NCBI GenBank assembly: GCA_051362555.1
Contig: CM120644.1
Span: 5,278,954-5,342,953 of the forward strand
DNA from: Lingula anatina
Lineage: Eukaryota > Animalia > Brachiopoda
Reading direction: 5' to 3'
DNA length: 64,000 bases
The notes beneath the pieces were generated by a model. That model was not told the origin of the DNA. It was given only the letters and a program-made list of their open reading frames with translations, and did no database searches. The position numbers and the translations under genes were made by a program. Shown piece by piece: positions 41,269 to 55,700 of this stretch (positions are counted from its first letter, which is position 1; each line of letters opens with the position of its first letter).

Positions 41269-42120
41269 AAGCCTAGGTCCCAACCAAACGTACGGGCTGT
41301 TACATGTGGTCTACGGCCAAAAAAATGAGGCAACCGTGGGAGTTCGTGCGTGAGGAGCACGTCCATCGTGCGACTTTTGGAGGACGAAAACAGCACGTAG
41401 AAACTTTTCACCAATTAAGCCTAGGTCCCAACTACGTTTTGGACGCACGTTTTTTAGGGTTATATAGTTTATTTCACTGTAACATATGCATCCACTTGTG
41501 TGGATGAAAATGACAATGACGTTTTTTAGGTTCCTTGCGTCCGGCTAGGACCTACCTAGATCTCACGTAGCGGCTGTTGATCATGTTGAAAAGTTAAGCC
41601 TAGGTCCCAACTACGTTTTGGACGCACGGTTTTTAGGTTCCTTGCGCCCGGCTAGGACCTACCTAGACCGCACATAGCGGCTGTTGATCATGTCGAAAAG
41701 TTTCTACGTGCTGTTTGCGTCCTCCAAAAGTCGCACGATGGACGTGCTCCTCACGCACGAACTCCCACGTTTTCCCCATTTTTTGGCCGTAGACCACACG
41801 TAGCAGCCCGTACGTTCGGTTGGGACCTAAGCTTTATTTGATTCCTTCCCTGCGATCTAGCTACACTGTACGTCCTAGACGGACGCAAGGAACCTAAAAA
41901 CCGTGCGTCCAAAACGTAGTTGGGACCTAGGCTTTAGGCTTGCGGCCTTGCTGTTCGCAGGTTATTCGTATAATCTTTTGGACATGTCCAACATCCTCCG
42001 TACCTGCTTACGGGCTGTCTGCAAACTCAAAATTTCGTAAGACGTGGGACGTGAGATTCTGCCCAAAATTTGGACGCAAACAGCCCGTAAGAGCCCCTAC
42101 GGCCGGTTGTGACCGAGGCT
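41269..42120. mobile_element. Cluster of PIF/Harbinger-like MITE copies (TIR AGCCTAGGTCCCAAC, TTA target)
   Basis: One complete copy at 41597-41833 is flanked by TTA/TTA. Partial copies start at ~41269 and ~41418 and another ends at ~41933. A related end (GGTTGTGACCGAGGCT-TAA) is at 42120. Confidence 0.78.
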
Positions 42121-43499
42121 TAATCACAGTGCAACTAATAAACCAGGTGATAAAGGTGCTTGTGCGATACCCGACTGCAGAATCGAGCTGTGTGACTTGT
42201 GCAAAGGAAGGAGCTGTATGTACGTCTATATTATGAAACGTTATGAATACACAGTACATCTAGGTGTATTGTGTACAAGTGAACGTTGTGATACGGACAT
42301 TTTAATGGGAGTAAAATGACAGTGTGTGTGCCAGAGGAGAAGTAGGTGTTCTTAGCGAAATCATTGTGGGAATTGAGATTCATTTTCTCGAAGATAAAGT
42401 TCGAATCAGAATTTAACATTGGCTGTTTGGGGCTGTGAGAGAAAGGGTAGTAGCATGAAAACGTTCAAAATTAATGAAACCACGAGACTTAAATTTGTTG
42501 TTTTCTTGAAGTTATGACGATAAGTGCACCTAGATGTAAGACAGTGGCAAAGGTAGGAGAGGGATTTTTCACCCTGATAAGGTTTTTAGAGATGATATAT
42601 GGCCAATACAACATGGACTGCAACAACAATACAAACACTGGGTTTCGAGGATGAGGATGACCCAGCCTTATCGACAGATAGAGCTTATTAAAAGAAGGCT
42701 GAAGGCTGTTGCATAGTAAATCCTTTACTTCCACAAAAGAGACCGCAATCCAGTAATCTGTCGCTACGCAGTCATCAAAATTTTATGGTATTTAAGCAAT
42801 GTCGCAGAACTACCTAAATACCTAGCAAATTAGCCAACCTTACCTTCAGCAGTGAAGATTGTCCTTGAGGGAAGTATTGGCAAATTTAGCCTAAAAGGCT
42901 TTATTTCATTCTTTACATTTTTCTGAGATTCTATGGCTAATGAAAAATATAGCTGCCATGCTAGTAGTACATTTGGGTTACAAGAATGTGGAAGATAAAA
43001 CTCTAACGGATTCTTTTTAATTTTTACTCGAGGAGTACTGCGTAAAAATATACAGTGCTGTTTTATAATAGAGTTTCTATTTCCGTAAGATATACCGCCA
43101 TATGTCGCTCTACAGTCATCAAAATTTTATGGCCGTTAGTATTAAAACAATTTTTCTTACCCACAGCATTGGCGTTTCTTTATTCTTGACGAAAATAGTG
43201 GCAATTTCCTCCTGAAAAGAAGTTCAACGCCGTGAGCCAGTTTAAAAGATATAATTACTATCTGACCCTCAATTGAAGTAACATAGTGTCCACAATTATG
43301 TTTTGATTTCAGTTATAGATATATAAATTGCTTTAAAACAGCAGCGTTTATGATCTTTGTGCAATTTTATTGAAAACAGCAATGAGAATAATAATAACAA
43401 AAGCTTAATTAGATTGGATCTTCGAGGACAGCGCATTGTCAGCGATTTTTATGCAGAAAAACAATAGTTCTAGGTATATATATTCACCTTTGCAGAGAT

Positions 43500-43777
43500 A
43501 ATTAGGCGCATGCGCAGCTAATCCATTTCTTCTGAACGTGTTTGCAAGCCTATCTTTGGTTACATGCCTGTTGACGAGACCAGCAGAAATGTGTTAACAG
43601 CGCATGCGCACCACCAGAGTTAGGCAATTTTTCTTTCGTTGTGACTGACATGTTATTGGCTCTATAGAGATCGGACACGTAATAACTACAACGCAGTCTT
43701 TGTGCAGCTACGTTTCTGGACAGAACTCTTCAAGTAAGAATCCAGAATCAACTGCCAACAACAACCAAGTGCCATAG
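43500..43777 (+). promoter_or_regulatory. Putative promoter/5'UTR of gene C
   Basis: Two GCGCATGCGC (NRF1-type) palindromes at ~43506 and ~43600, plus a block homologous to the gene B upstream region. Confidence 0.4.
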
Positions 43778-46700
43778 ATGGACGCCAGCGCTTGCAAACA
43801 AAGAAATGTGCTTTCTTGGCTATTGGTAAGTCAAATATGAAATTGAATAACTAACCGTGCGATGATTTTATTTAAAAATAATTGTGTCTGAATCTGCTTT
43901 TATAAATCATATCAATTAGAGAATATCTCTGCATATCTATTTATTTTTATCTACAGACTTTGCATTTAACATGGATAATTTTTTAGGGTTACTACTTAAT
44001 ATGGAATATTATTTTTTGGCGAGCAAATTGTCTACATTGATTTTTTCTAACTATTTTAAATCCAAAACTGGGGTTTCACTCCATGTGTAGGTGTGTTACG
44101 TAATTACCAAACGACTCTCGAAACAATTGATTCATGCAGTTGCATGTTCGGTGGTCAGAAATGTGAGGGGTGGTCTTTTCGGCAATATCTGCCCTTATAT
44201 AAAACGCATGGGTTTGGTCAATATTTGGAGTGTATTTAGAGAAGCAACAAAGGGGTCGCTCTGAAATTTCGCAGGTACCTTAGAGAAGATATGGTTCGAC
44301 AGCTAAGCAACGCAGCTTACTATGGAATCTTGCTCTCAGAGAAAATGGCTAGAAACGGACAGCCATTGCCAGGCAATTCAACATTTATCAGAAATCGTTA
44401 GTAAAGCCCTACAAAGAAATGCTACAACAGGGGCACCTATTCCAATACCTCGACCAGGGTGTCCGCGTATCACACCAAGAAGCGGGATCGCCTTCTCCTT
44501 AGAGTGCGCCGTGCTGGTCACACAAAGACAACCAGTGTCCTCAGAAAAGAGTGGCAGAATGTCATTCAAACGCCCGTTTAAAGGTCCCTGGTGAAGAAGA
44601 GATTACTGCAAGCCGGTTATTTTGCACGAAGACCAGTAGGGAAACTACTATTAACAGCAGGCCATACACAGCGACGTCTGCAATGGGCTGGGGACCACGT
44701 GCGTTTGGGTAGTCAGCACATCACTGTAGTATCTGCGTTCATGCATCTGTCAAGAGAATGTATCCAAATAAACGTAAAATCGTTGCAGTTATGGTGACAT
44801 CATACTGCTTGGCATTTGTCCAATATATCGGTAGCAATATTACATTCATTTTTTAGAACTGTAATTGAATAAGAAATAAAGTAGCTCAAAAGAACTTACA
44901 TAGGGGTAGCTTGTAAACACATTCCATAGATCTTATTGTTGTTATTTTGCTTAACTTTACACTTGCTATCCCACCAAACAGTTTCAAATTAGGTAGTGTC
45001 CAATTGACGTTTATACCAGGAAAAGATGTTGTTATGCTAAATAGGTGGTGATCAAACGTCTTTAAAAAGATTTACTGATATTTGATATTTGATTTAAAAC
45101 TGATATTTGATTTAAAACTCTGATATTTGAGAGTACTCGTATGGCTAAATAGTTCAATTCTGGAACTGTGCATGTAGCCTCTCTGACATTTCTGGCACTG
45201 GACGTTTATGAGGTCACTGCTGACGAATGTTTCTAGCACAGGTCCTTGATTAGCTGTATATCTTTATCGTCAAAATCATCTCTACGTGCACATAAGTTCT
45301 GAAATGTGGTTTTGCTCGATGTATGTGTTGTCATGTTTTTAGTGATCTTGATCCGCGTTTCTACAGAAAATAAGTGCCTACTCAATTTCTTCACGTAGAT
45401 CGATCTATAGCATCGGCTCTAATCATGGTGCCTTTTAATATTTCTTTGGTCCAGACTTTCTGGTCCAGAATTTTGTTAATAGGTGATTGTCTGGACCATG
45501 TAAATTGATCTTTGGAGGAAGTAGTAAGGTTATACTTCCTCCAAAGATCTTTGAGATTCATCTTTGGTAGTTCCAATTTGGCCTTTAGGTTATTTTGAAT
45601 ATTTTTTTTCTTTTTTTACAGTTGAGCCTGCGTTTATCTTGAATGACTAAGAAAAATTATCTCATGAAATAAAAACTCATAAATTTTCTCTATAATGGAA
45701 TTAAGTATTTCAAAAATTGAGATGTGTCTTGACTGGGTTTATTCAAGTTGACAAGCGTAAAGCTTTTTTCAAGTATGATACTTATTTTCTGCTCTACGCA
45801 AAGCAAAGGTTATGTGATGTGCTGTAGTACTGCGTAAAAAATATTATGCTTGATATATACTACCTTTTTTCAAGTATGATTGCAGGATACACTTCTTTCA
45901 TTCTATAATTCGGAGTGGATTTAAAAAAAGCGTTTTTACACTTTAAAGTATGTTTAAACAGTCGGTTTACTGAACTAAAAGTTCTATTGCGCCTCCACAA
46001 GTGTTATTGCAGTTTTATCGAGTATGGTTCATTTAAATGTCTTTTATTCAAAATATAAAAGAACGTTCTGTACTGTTTATAAGAATATTAGTTAAATATA
46101 TAGCCTACAATTTTAGGTATTTTACGTCATAATGGTCAGACACTCAGTGCAAAGTACAGATTTAAAGCCCGGCGTCAAGGTCATTAACCCAGACAACGTG
46201 ACCTTGTATTCGTGCGACACAGGGGACGTTTTCGATAGCCATACGTGGCTTCTTGTGTACCCGAACGGAACGGGCCAAGTTGAAGTGAACAACACCATAA
46301 GTAGCAGACAGGCAGGGGGTTTAATGCACAAAATTTACGCCGTGCAGGAAGTCGGTAAGGAAGCTATGGCGACCCCGTGGGTGCACCTAAATCTCTAAGA
46401 ATTGTTTGTGAAAAGAGTAATAATTAATTTATGGTTTTGTAATGAATATGGAACTGGTTAAGCATACTAAAAGTCCCTGTTGTGGCTATTAGAATGCACG
46501 CATTGCATACATAGTGCAGCATCGTTAAAATATGCATGTTATATTTATATTGACACGTACATTAGGAAAAATAAATTCAAAAGATTGCAAAGTTTGGAAA
46601 GTGACATGATTTGTATTCAATTTCCAGGGACTTACCTGTTAATGTTAGCCTCTGTTGCGGAACTGGAGGACATCTTTGAATACATGAACGAATCCCAAGA

Positions 46701-49700
46701 AACACAAACTATAGAGAGAGTAACGAGACCCGAGGCAGAAGAGTTTATATCGGATCCCAATCTTGTGGAATCCCTGATCAACTATACATTTTCGAACGAT
46801 AACTTCACTCTAAATGGATCAGCTGTCAACGTGTCAGGCAACTCTGGACTGAACGGAACTCTACCGGGTAGTGGAGCTCACAATTTTGTACCGGGGGGAG
46901 AAAATGTGCTGGTTTTTACAGGTAACACACTTCCTGCATTTTACGTTTCAAAGTGTGCAGCAGATGACATTTGGTAATAAATTTAATTTCTGGTAATCTA
47001 GTAATCCCCAATATAATTTCATTTGACATATACATATTATCCACTTTGAACACGTTTCGGTAAAAATGTCCGAGAAACATAGGTTCTGCTGTGTAATTGG
47101 ATTTACTGTAGGTACTTACAATAAGGCCTTGCCATACAAACTATCTACGCCCGTTATCTGTTATCTACCCACAGATGATGAAAACGTAAGGTGCTCCAAT
47201 AATTTCTGTGTGAAATAATTGTACTCTTTTGTAAAGGGAACTGCACTAAGGAGCAAATCTTACTTATTAATCTTAGATCAAGACGTGTGGAAGTGCGCTG
47301 GCCACAGGTACAGTGATAGTGAGGGCAATGAGCACGTGACGTACTATCTCGTGATGCCAAGTGACCAAAGTCAGGGTGCTACTGAAGGTGACATCTTAGT
47401 GGGCTCTGGAAGCAGGGGATTTCTGGAAACTGTGACCAACGTCGATCAGATAGGAGAGGTCTACTTTGTACATTCTGATCTACTGTTTTGTGGAGACCTG
47501 GAAGATGGTGCAACAGAGCTGAGGTGAGATTTCACTTTGTTTGGAATACAAAACGAATGCACCAGTGCCGTTCATAGTGTTTTCTTTCACAGTTATGATT
47601 TGAAATACTGGAAATTATACTCAGCATGACGTCACGAGTTAAAAAAACAAATGCTCAATGGGCCGGGTCAAAAGCGCAAATATTTACTTTTTTTAAGCAA
47701 AAAGTTTGCAATATTGGCATCTGCTTTTTATTGTAATTACATGCTGATGTACCAGATCATATGCCGCTATATAACCTCACAAAATGCTATAGAACTTTTG
47801 AATAGTAGTTGTTACCCGATTTGGTTATAGTTAGTCGCTTGCCCAATAGACCGTTGATAGGGCTAATAATACATTGACAGGACCATGTGACAAGAACGCG
47901 TACGACAGATCCAGGTGTGTCTGAAGCAAGAAACCAGCATGACAGCCCAAATATCATTTTAATGGGGGCTTTTCTGTACAATTCACATCAGACCAAAGTT
48001 ATTTTATATAAACCCCAAATTATCTACTAAATAATAACAAAATATAAAAAAATATCTGTTCACTGTCAAAATATCAAACCATTTTGAGTAAATTTACCAC
48101 AATGTGCTTCCAAAACAGAATTCATGCTTCTAACGTTTTAATAACTTGTACTTTTACTATATAATTACCACAGCAGTGGTGTTTTAAGCTGTCATAAATA
48201 CTCATGAGTGGAAGACATATGGTTTTGTTCCAGCGTTACTGATATCGGCATGCCCGATTCTGCAATGTTTTGTCAAGGCGGTGACGGGGTACCGGGACTT
48301 CGCATAAATAACCAATCAGCTGCCGTCAGCATTGGTGACGTCATTGCTGAAAGGCCATCAGGAGCATTTGCTACGAAGGTACAGGCAAACGACAAATATA
48401 TAACTCATCCAAAAATAAATTTGCTTTGTCAAATTAATTGGGAACTTGATCGTTTGTGCCAAATAAATGTAGATGATTTACTTTGTATTTTATTAATTTT
48501 CATCACTTAAGGGACAAAGCGTTTTAAATACATGTCTTTTTTCACTTACAAGTACCTGTACATGAATAACTTTTTGACAAACGTATCTAAGCACAAATAA
48601 TACTCTCTGATAATTTAACAGGTAAATGTCATAAGTTCATGGCTTCGAGAATTATCTCATTTATCAATCCACAAAAATTCGGGCACTCTTTATTCATCTT
48701 GACACAGTTCTGAATCGCACGAGATACCCAAACGTCAGTGTTGGAAGTGATGGTGAATTTTTAAAATTCTACGCCGAGGCGTCCTGAATTTCACATCTTT
48801 CCACATGTTTATACAGATATGGCGATTGTTATGAACGAGGGTTCAAAGATCGGTTAGTCATTTCCCGCTCAAACTACCTACTCGTGCATTACGTGATTAC
48901 ATGGTTTGGAAACGTTTTCCAGGCAATCCGATGCAACATATCGGGTATATATACCTACTGCGAAGTGACACCTATTTTGGATATTGCCAACAACGAAGTC
49001 ATACTAGCCAGTTCCAACCTTCCAACAGAAAAGAGTAACCGAGTGACCAGAGGGACCTACAGCTTTACACCCGCTGATTTCACCAAAGTCTTCTCAGCCA
49101 CTCTGGGGCAAATCAAGGTGAGTTACCTCCGGGAAATCACTGCTGGCTGAGCACTTACTGCAGAGCATGTTAGCAACCAAGTTAAATTTGTTCTTTGCAA
49201 TTTTATGAGCGATTAGTTCACGCTTAATCATTCTGAATAGTATTCTAAATCATGCCTAAGTATTTAAGACATGACATTAAATTCAAGTCAAATAATGAAT
49301 GTTAGTAACATATCACTCCGTATTTTATACGAAAAATTCAACCATTATTTATTAGTTTTGATTTAAACATTAAATGTTTAAACTATTAATTGATATCCAA
49401 TTGATTGCCTGGCTGAGACTCAATTTAGTAAATGAAACGGTTGCTTTGTCATCGTATTTTAGTTGATGAGGGGTCGCTTACGAAATTTAGATTAAAACAG
49501 TTGTTATCACTGAAGACAATTAACAATCTATTTTATCTTGAAAATGATAATGAATTCGTTAAGTTAAAAGGAAATTTTACAAACGTTTCAGATTCCCTGT
49601 GGGAAACTTACTGCGACTGCCGCAGCGACGTTTAAAGCATCTTTGACTACAAGCCTGACTACGAAGTGGTCGCCTCCTTTTTTGAAAAGCATCAGTGCAG

Positions 49701-52700
49701 AAGTCTCTACCTCTTTGACGTTAACTTTAACGCTGCGACTTGACGTAGAATGCAGGTGAGAGACTGACATGTTCCATTGTAAAGTATAACAGTTGCTATA
49801 TGTGAATTGCATCTGACAGTAGCTAATAAGTTTATTGAATCTGTTTTTTTTATAAGGTATTTATATTCCTTTATTCAGAACTGAACTGTGCTGCACCCAG
49901 TAATTTTCCTTTAAGGTTAAGCTACAGGTAAACCATGAATGAGCTGTAATAACGACACGAATGTTCAATAGAGTTAATGCAGGTGAGGGTTGGATTGGTT
50001 GGTTAAGGTTTGTTTCAGGGTAATAAGTGGTATACCGATGTCGTTTTGAGTGTCCATGTAGGGAATCTACCTGATGCATTATAAAAGCTGTATTAGTAAA
50101 ATGAAAGTTTGAATAAAGTGTACTCATATGTATACTCCCCTAACAAAAAAAAAAAAAAAAAAAAAAAAAAAATTATCACCCCTACCGCAATTATGTACAT
50201 TGCTACTAGGGTATCCATAGTTTTAATTTTACTATTACATAACAATAGGCAACTGTGAATTAGGGATGTTAGTAATAGAACAATGACCTACTTAACAAAA
50301 CCATTGAAATACACCAACACCAATTATTTTTGATGTTCGGCTCTAAAGTGAGAGGGATACATTTTTACCAAGCTGTTGAAATAGAAGGAAGTTTTGACCC
50401 GCAGAATTGCCAGAAGGTTTGGTTGTTCCATGAGAACCATTCAGATTGTTTAGCAAAATAGTAGCTAAAGAGGCACATGGGCAAGATTGCCTGGGTTAGG
50501 CTTACTGTTTTCAAAGGAAACCACACCCAGAGAAGAGTGAATGTTAGTACTGCTTCCTCGTAAAAACGAGGGTCTTAATTGCAACTTTACCAAGAACAGC
50601 TCAGTTCCTAAATCAGAAACTCATTCAGAATGTGTGGGATAATAATGCAAACAAAAATGATCTCCTACTGTCCTTGCTCCGTATGTGGAACGACATCACT
50701 ATGGAAATGTTTACATAAATTTTGACACCACGCACAGACACGACAGGTGCATCCTCCAATCCAGAGGATACTGTACAAAATACTAAAATGTGGCTTTCAT
50801 TTTTTTACTATAGTTAGCTTATTGATTGGTTGTACAATCAGTAAATATCACAAGATTATTTGTATCACTCTACGCATTGCGTTGGATGTGACCCTCTCTC
50901 TCTGTGTGTGTGTGTGTGATGCATATCTTTGTGTTAAATTTTGTTGCTATTTTATTTTTGTATTTTTTCTGTGTTATTACTGTTTTATCTCTGTTCATTT
51001 TCACCAACTCAGTCTGATCCAAGCAAAAAGTATTATTAGTGTTAAATGAACTTTTGGGTTCAGCTCCGGATGATATCCTAGCACAACCTTTTATGGGGAA
51101 ATGATCATATTTTAATCTTAAAAGATTAATAAAAAGATAATCTTCTATAAACCTTGGTTTCGAAAAGGAGTGCTTTACGTTAATGACCTGATTGATAATA
51201 CTGGTTCAGTAAAAAGTCTAGACGTTTTTTGTGATGAATATAATATAGATTGTAATTTCCTTGACTATCAAGCCGTCATCAGCGCTTTACCTTCTGCCTG
51301 GAAAACTGTTATAAGAGGGTGTCAAAAGAATCTTGCAGCAATAACAAATAAAAATCTCGTATTATTAAAATCGAAAAACAAATTAACGAAACTCTTTTAC
51401 CCGAAATTTATTTCGGATAAGGAAGCAATACCTCTTAACATCCATAATAAGTGGATGGAAAAGCTGAACATTGATTTTCCAAGTGAAAAGTGGAAGCTAG
51501 TTCATGCATTGCCCTTTCGAGAAACCAATGATCATAAACTTCTCACATTGCAATTTAGAATTTTACATAGAATTTATTTTACGAACTCGATGCTTTTTAA
51601 ATACAATATGTTAGAACATGAGCGATGCACTTTCTGTAATGACCCAAAAGAAACTTTATTGCATATTTTCTGGGACTGTACATATGTTCAAGCTATTTGG
51701 ACTTGTCTCATTCAGAACCTACGTACACAGTACTCTGTTGAATTAAAACATCAACCGTGCTTGTTTATATTTGGAATCCTGGACGACAGCCCTCTCTTAG
51801 GTATTAATCTACTACTTCTCTATATAAAGAAATATTTCACTTTATGTAGACAAAATAAAATTACACCTCTTTGGAATGCCTGCAAAAAGTATTTGGAAAA
51901 GCAAAAGATAATAGATTTTCAATCTTTATACCTACTGGGTCCTCAAAAGGCAGATAATCTAAGGAAAAAATGGGACAGTATAGAAAAAATATTGATATGA
52001 ATAAAAAAGAACATTTGTTGTAGACTAGGCCTAATAAGATTCTTTTATTTAAAAAAAAAAATTCTACATGTAATTTTAATCAACATTTGTAAGAACTTCG
52101 TTTGTAGTGTGTGAATGGTGTGTGGAAGGTGTATTTGTCTCTTATTGTGTTGTACATGTCTTGTATTAATTTTCGTGAATAAAAAAAAAAAAAAAAAACT
52201 TTTGGGTTCAGTTGATAACAACTTTTAAATACTAAACGCGTGCAGACTTAGTAATGTGTATAAATGGTTGGTCAGAGGGCCAAAAGAGCTTGGGAAGAGT
52301 GAAACAAATGTATCTCTTTTAAACAGACCATACTTGTTGCTGAGACAGAAATGTGTGAGTTGTATAGCTATTTGCCATCTATCTTATCAAAATGATTATT
52401 TTTACAAAAGTATATTTTTGTTTTTGTTTTTTTTAATAAATGTTATTTGAAAGTTTTATTTAACTTAATTTGCTTATTTATTTATTTATTTACTATTTTG
52501 ATAACCTAAGCGTTTGTGTTTTTAGTGTATTTTGCACAGGAGGGCCTATAATGTAATGATTTTTTTAAAATGAAAAGCAGCTTTTAGAATTATACACCAT
52601 GTTGTATAAGAAAATGTTTCTCCTATTTCAGCTTCACAATGACTGGCCCTGACAACTCAAAATATAACCACCCGATCGACAACGTACTCATCGTACCATT

Positions 52701-55700
52701 CTGTATACCTATATTTTGGGGTATATGTATCCCTGCCGCCGTAGTTGCCGATTTGACAGTGGAATACACGCTGACTGCTCAGGTTAGTGTCGAACTTTAG
52801 TTTATTCATAAACATGGGGATGAGAGTTTAGCGTATTAACATTTTATTTTTATGCTTATATATCTGTCTTGACCCTAACATCTCAGAGTTAATTGAGATT
52901 GCTTACATTTTTCAAGATGCAGATATATTCTTTAAATATACAGCATTGGTCAAAAAGGTTGTCCCACCCCCATTTCCATGTACTTTTATTAACAAATGAT
53001 CACCTAACAGCTGTTAATTGTTAGAAATAGTGTTTTTTATTACGTATACCGTGTCTAACATGATTAATGGTTTAAAAAATACAAAATAGTGGTGAAAATA
53101 TACATATTTTATACCATTTAGTAAAATTTATAAGAGGTACCCCATCAAATCGACTGTTTCAATGTGACTTCTAAAGATGTAAAGAAATGAATATAAAATT
53201 GAAAAGAAGCCATCAAATGTCACCAAATTCACACACAATTAGCACTAGGGTGTGCCTAACAGCGTGTGCGTCTACCGTGTACTGCAATTATTTCCTGTAG
53301 ACGGCGCGACAAGCCTTCAACACGGGTTACAATTCTGTTTTGTGGGATATTGTCCCATTCTTCTTAAACAAGTTGGGGAAGTTGGTCCACGTTTTTATGG
53401 GGTTGGTTCTCCTTTGCATTGCACACTCCAATACATGTCACAGTTGATTAGTAAGTTTGATATCAGGGCTCAAAGGTGGTGGTTCCATCCTTAGACCATT
53501 ATGTTTCTTCAACAAACAGTTGCCAGGTGAGAGGTGTGAGCAAGTGTGCAGACATGATAAAGCCTGGAGTTAACCCCAAAGTCAGTTCTTGAAGATGGAA
53601 TGAGATATCAGCTGAGAATGCTACGTTCAGTGATCCCACAGGCACCTGAACCTGGCCATCCACCACTGGAAGGAAGTTGATTTTGATGCGGAATCAAATT
53701 ATTTCTTGTATCCCATCGATGGTCAAAGAAGGTCCATAGACATGTTAAAAAATGCCTCTTGGAAGGGTGTGTGCAGGATAATATCGCCTGAGGTGCTAGA
53801 TCAATCCGCATTTGGAGAACATTCCAAGTCCATGGTATTAGTACATTGTTCCTTTTGGAACAAAACGTAACAGGGACATTTTGATGTAACATTCTCCACA
53901 GAAATCTCACTCCATTTGCAAGAGATGACTTCAGGGATACTACTGGCTTCATTGCGACGACGCACTTGCTCACACCTCTCGTCTGGCAAACGATTTGTTG
54001 CAGAAACACAGGGCTCTGAGGATGGGACAACCGTCTTTGAGTCCTGATATTAATCCTACTGAGCACCTGTGGCATAAATTGGAATGTGCATTGCAGAGGA
54101 GAACCAATTCCTAAATAATCTTGACCAATTCCGCCACGCTCTTTAGGATGAATGGGACAATATCCCACATAACAGAATTGTTACCCGTGTTGAAGGCTTG
54201 TCGCGCCGTCTACAGGAGATAATTGCAGTATGCGGTAGACGCACACGCTGTTAGGCACGTGATCTTTAATGAGCACACCCTAATGCTAAATGTGTGTGAA
54301 TTTGGTGACATTTGATGGCGCCTATTCAATTTTATAGACATTTCTTTACATCTGTAGAAGTCACAGTGAAACAGTCGATTTGAGGGGGTACCTCTTATAA
54401 ATTTTACTAAATGGTATAAAATGTGTATATTTTCACCACTATTTTGTATTTTTTTAACCATTTATCATGTTAGACACGGTATCCGTAATAAAAAGCACTA
54501 TTTCTTACAGTTCACAGCTGTGAGGTGATCATTTGTAAATAAAAGTACATGGAAATGGGGGTGGGACAACCTTTTTGACCAATGCTGTATGTTAAAATAT
54601 TGCTCAACTGTCGTCTCTGTGTTTAAATTGGTATAAACCCTTGAAATCAAACAAATATTTTAGTTAATCTTGTTCCTTTTTATATTTGATGTTATTTTTC
54701 ATTTAACTGTTGCAATTCTTTGTCAGGTCAAGGGATTTGTGTCACTTACATTGGAACGTACAGGAAGTCTCAGCGCCTCTGCAGAATGGGATCACTCCAG
54801 CGGCATGTCTTTCTCTGGTCCGACAGTGAGTAATGGTTTATAATGCAAAATTCCCAGTAATATCTCAAACTGCACATAAAGACCTTATATTTTAAAACAA
54901 TGAACGATTTTCTTATATATTTAAATTTAAAGGTCACTTTTGGTCATGGACCTCAGCAAGCTCGACAAATCTTTCATTCTATCACGCTTGATTCAATTGT
55001 TTTTATGAGAAAGAACAAAGCTAAAGTTTCGTATCCATGAAAATTTTGACTCTGATTTTTCTGCATTCTTACCCCTCAAGTGCATGGTGTAAATAAGTTG
55101 TATTAAAATGTCCCTATTACATTTTTTTAATTTATTTAGCGTACAATTTTCGTATTACTTTTTAAGTTTTCGCTGACCCCGATGACCAAAAACTTTGACG
55201 GCGGTTTGGAAAAGGACGAGACGTTTGTCCGAGCTGAGCTTACGATAACCCCAGCGTTGAAAGTACACATTCCAAACATGGCTAAAATTGAGCGCATCAT
55301 ACGTGCCGTATCTAGGTGGATTAGGTGGTGGCTGGAAGATCTGTTTGGCGAAGGAGAACCAATAGGTAAGTTATTGTTGGGGGGGGGGGGGGGGTTATCA
55401 GACGAAATTACAGTTGTGAGTCAATTAATTGAATATGCAGCTGAATTTTTGCAAAAATGCAAAAGTGCATGTGCCCTACCACACTTGGCCCATTAGAGTG
55501 AGTACTATAATAAAATAAAGAAACATATATTCCATGCCAAATTGCCAATATATAGGCTTATTATCAGTATATCAATAGACCATTAGTTTTGGCAAATTGT
55601 ACATGCAAATGCCTATCTGAAACATGCTGAAAACAAATCCAACGCCATTTTAAATGAATTCTTCTTTTAAATTTACATGTATTAGACTTAGATCCAATCC

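Noticed and set aside
50330-50760. Additional Tc1 relic (HTH-like 'RRIARRFGCSMRTIQ', 'ETTPREE')
   Set aside because: Too decayed and no TIRs located, so not listed as a feature.
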